A stretch of DNA of 64,000 nt from Azolla caroliniana (lineage: Eukaryota > Plantae > Polypodiophyta), in contig JBHGNT010000016.1 in assembly GCA_043228905.1 (NCBI GenBank), positions 3,162,001 through 3,226,000 of the forward strand, in the 5' to 3' direction. Numbering within the stretch: the first letter of the stretch is position 1; every line of letters begins with the position of its first letter. The notes below the pieces were generated by a model that saw only the letters and a list, made by a program, of their open reading frames with translations, ran no database searches and had not been told where the DNA came from. This document shows positions 63,771-64,000 of this stretch, piece after piece. The translations under genes and the position numbers were made by a program.

Positions 63771-64000
63771 GAGGGAGTCACACCCTGGCTTTGACTTTCT
63801 TTCCACTAGAATATTCATGACCACTAAAATTATAAACATTTGAAATACATGTCCTCCACATTCCTATAAAAGAGCCCAACTTTATTCTTCAACTTGCCCT
63901 TTTCCCTCTAATTTAGCAAACTAATCTATAAAATATTCACATTATATAATGCTAATTATTCATATCCTATTAATGTTGTCACATGATTCTAGGGGAAGGG

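Overview
AT-rich, intron-containing land-plant nuclear DNA. A non-seed plant such as a fern is likely, but that is inferred from the element and gene types, not proven. Host genes: a 12-exon triose-phosphate/phosphate translocator (+), a 3-exon fungal-type hemerythrin (HHE) gene with a transit-peptide-like N-terminus (-), an intronless L-type lectin receptor kinase (+), an intronless Ser/His-rich ORF (+), a pseudogenised phosphopantothenate--cysteine ligase (-) and an intronless GC-rich MOT1-family molybdate transporter (-). Between them are many transposable elements with readable ends: a hAT derivative with tandem-amplified exon-like units, a Pack-MULE carrying a PB1-domain gene fragment, hAT MITEs, solo LTRs, LINE fragments and a decayed Copia element. 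A LINE bounded by (TC)n hosts a solo LTR and a very young chromovirus. That chromovirus lacks PR/RT/RNaseH and has an 11-nt Tf1-type self-priming site instead of a tRNA PBS. All calls are from reading the sequence by eye; no database searches were run.
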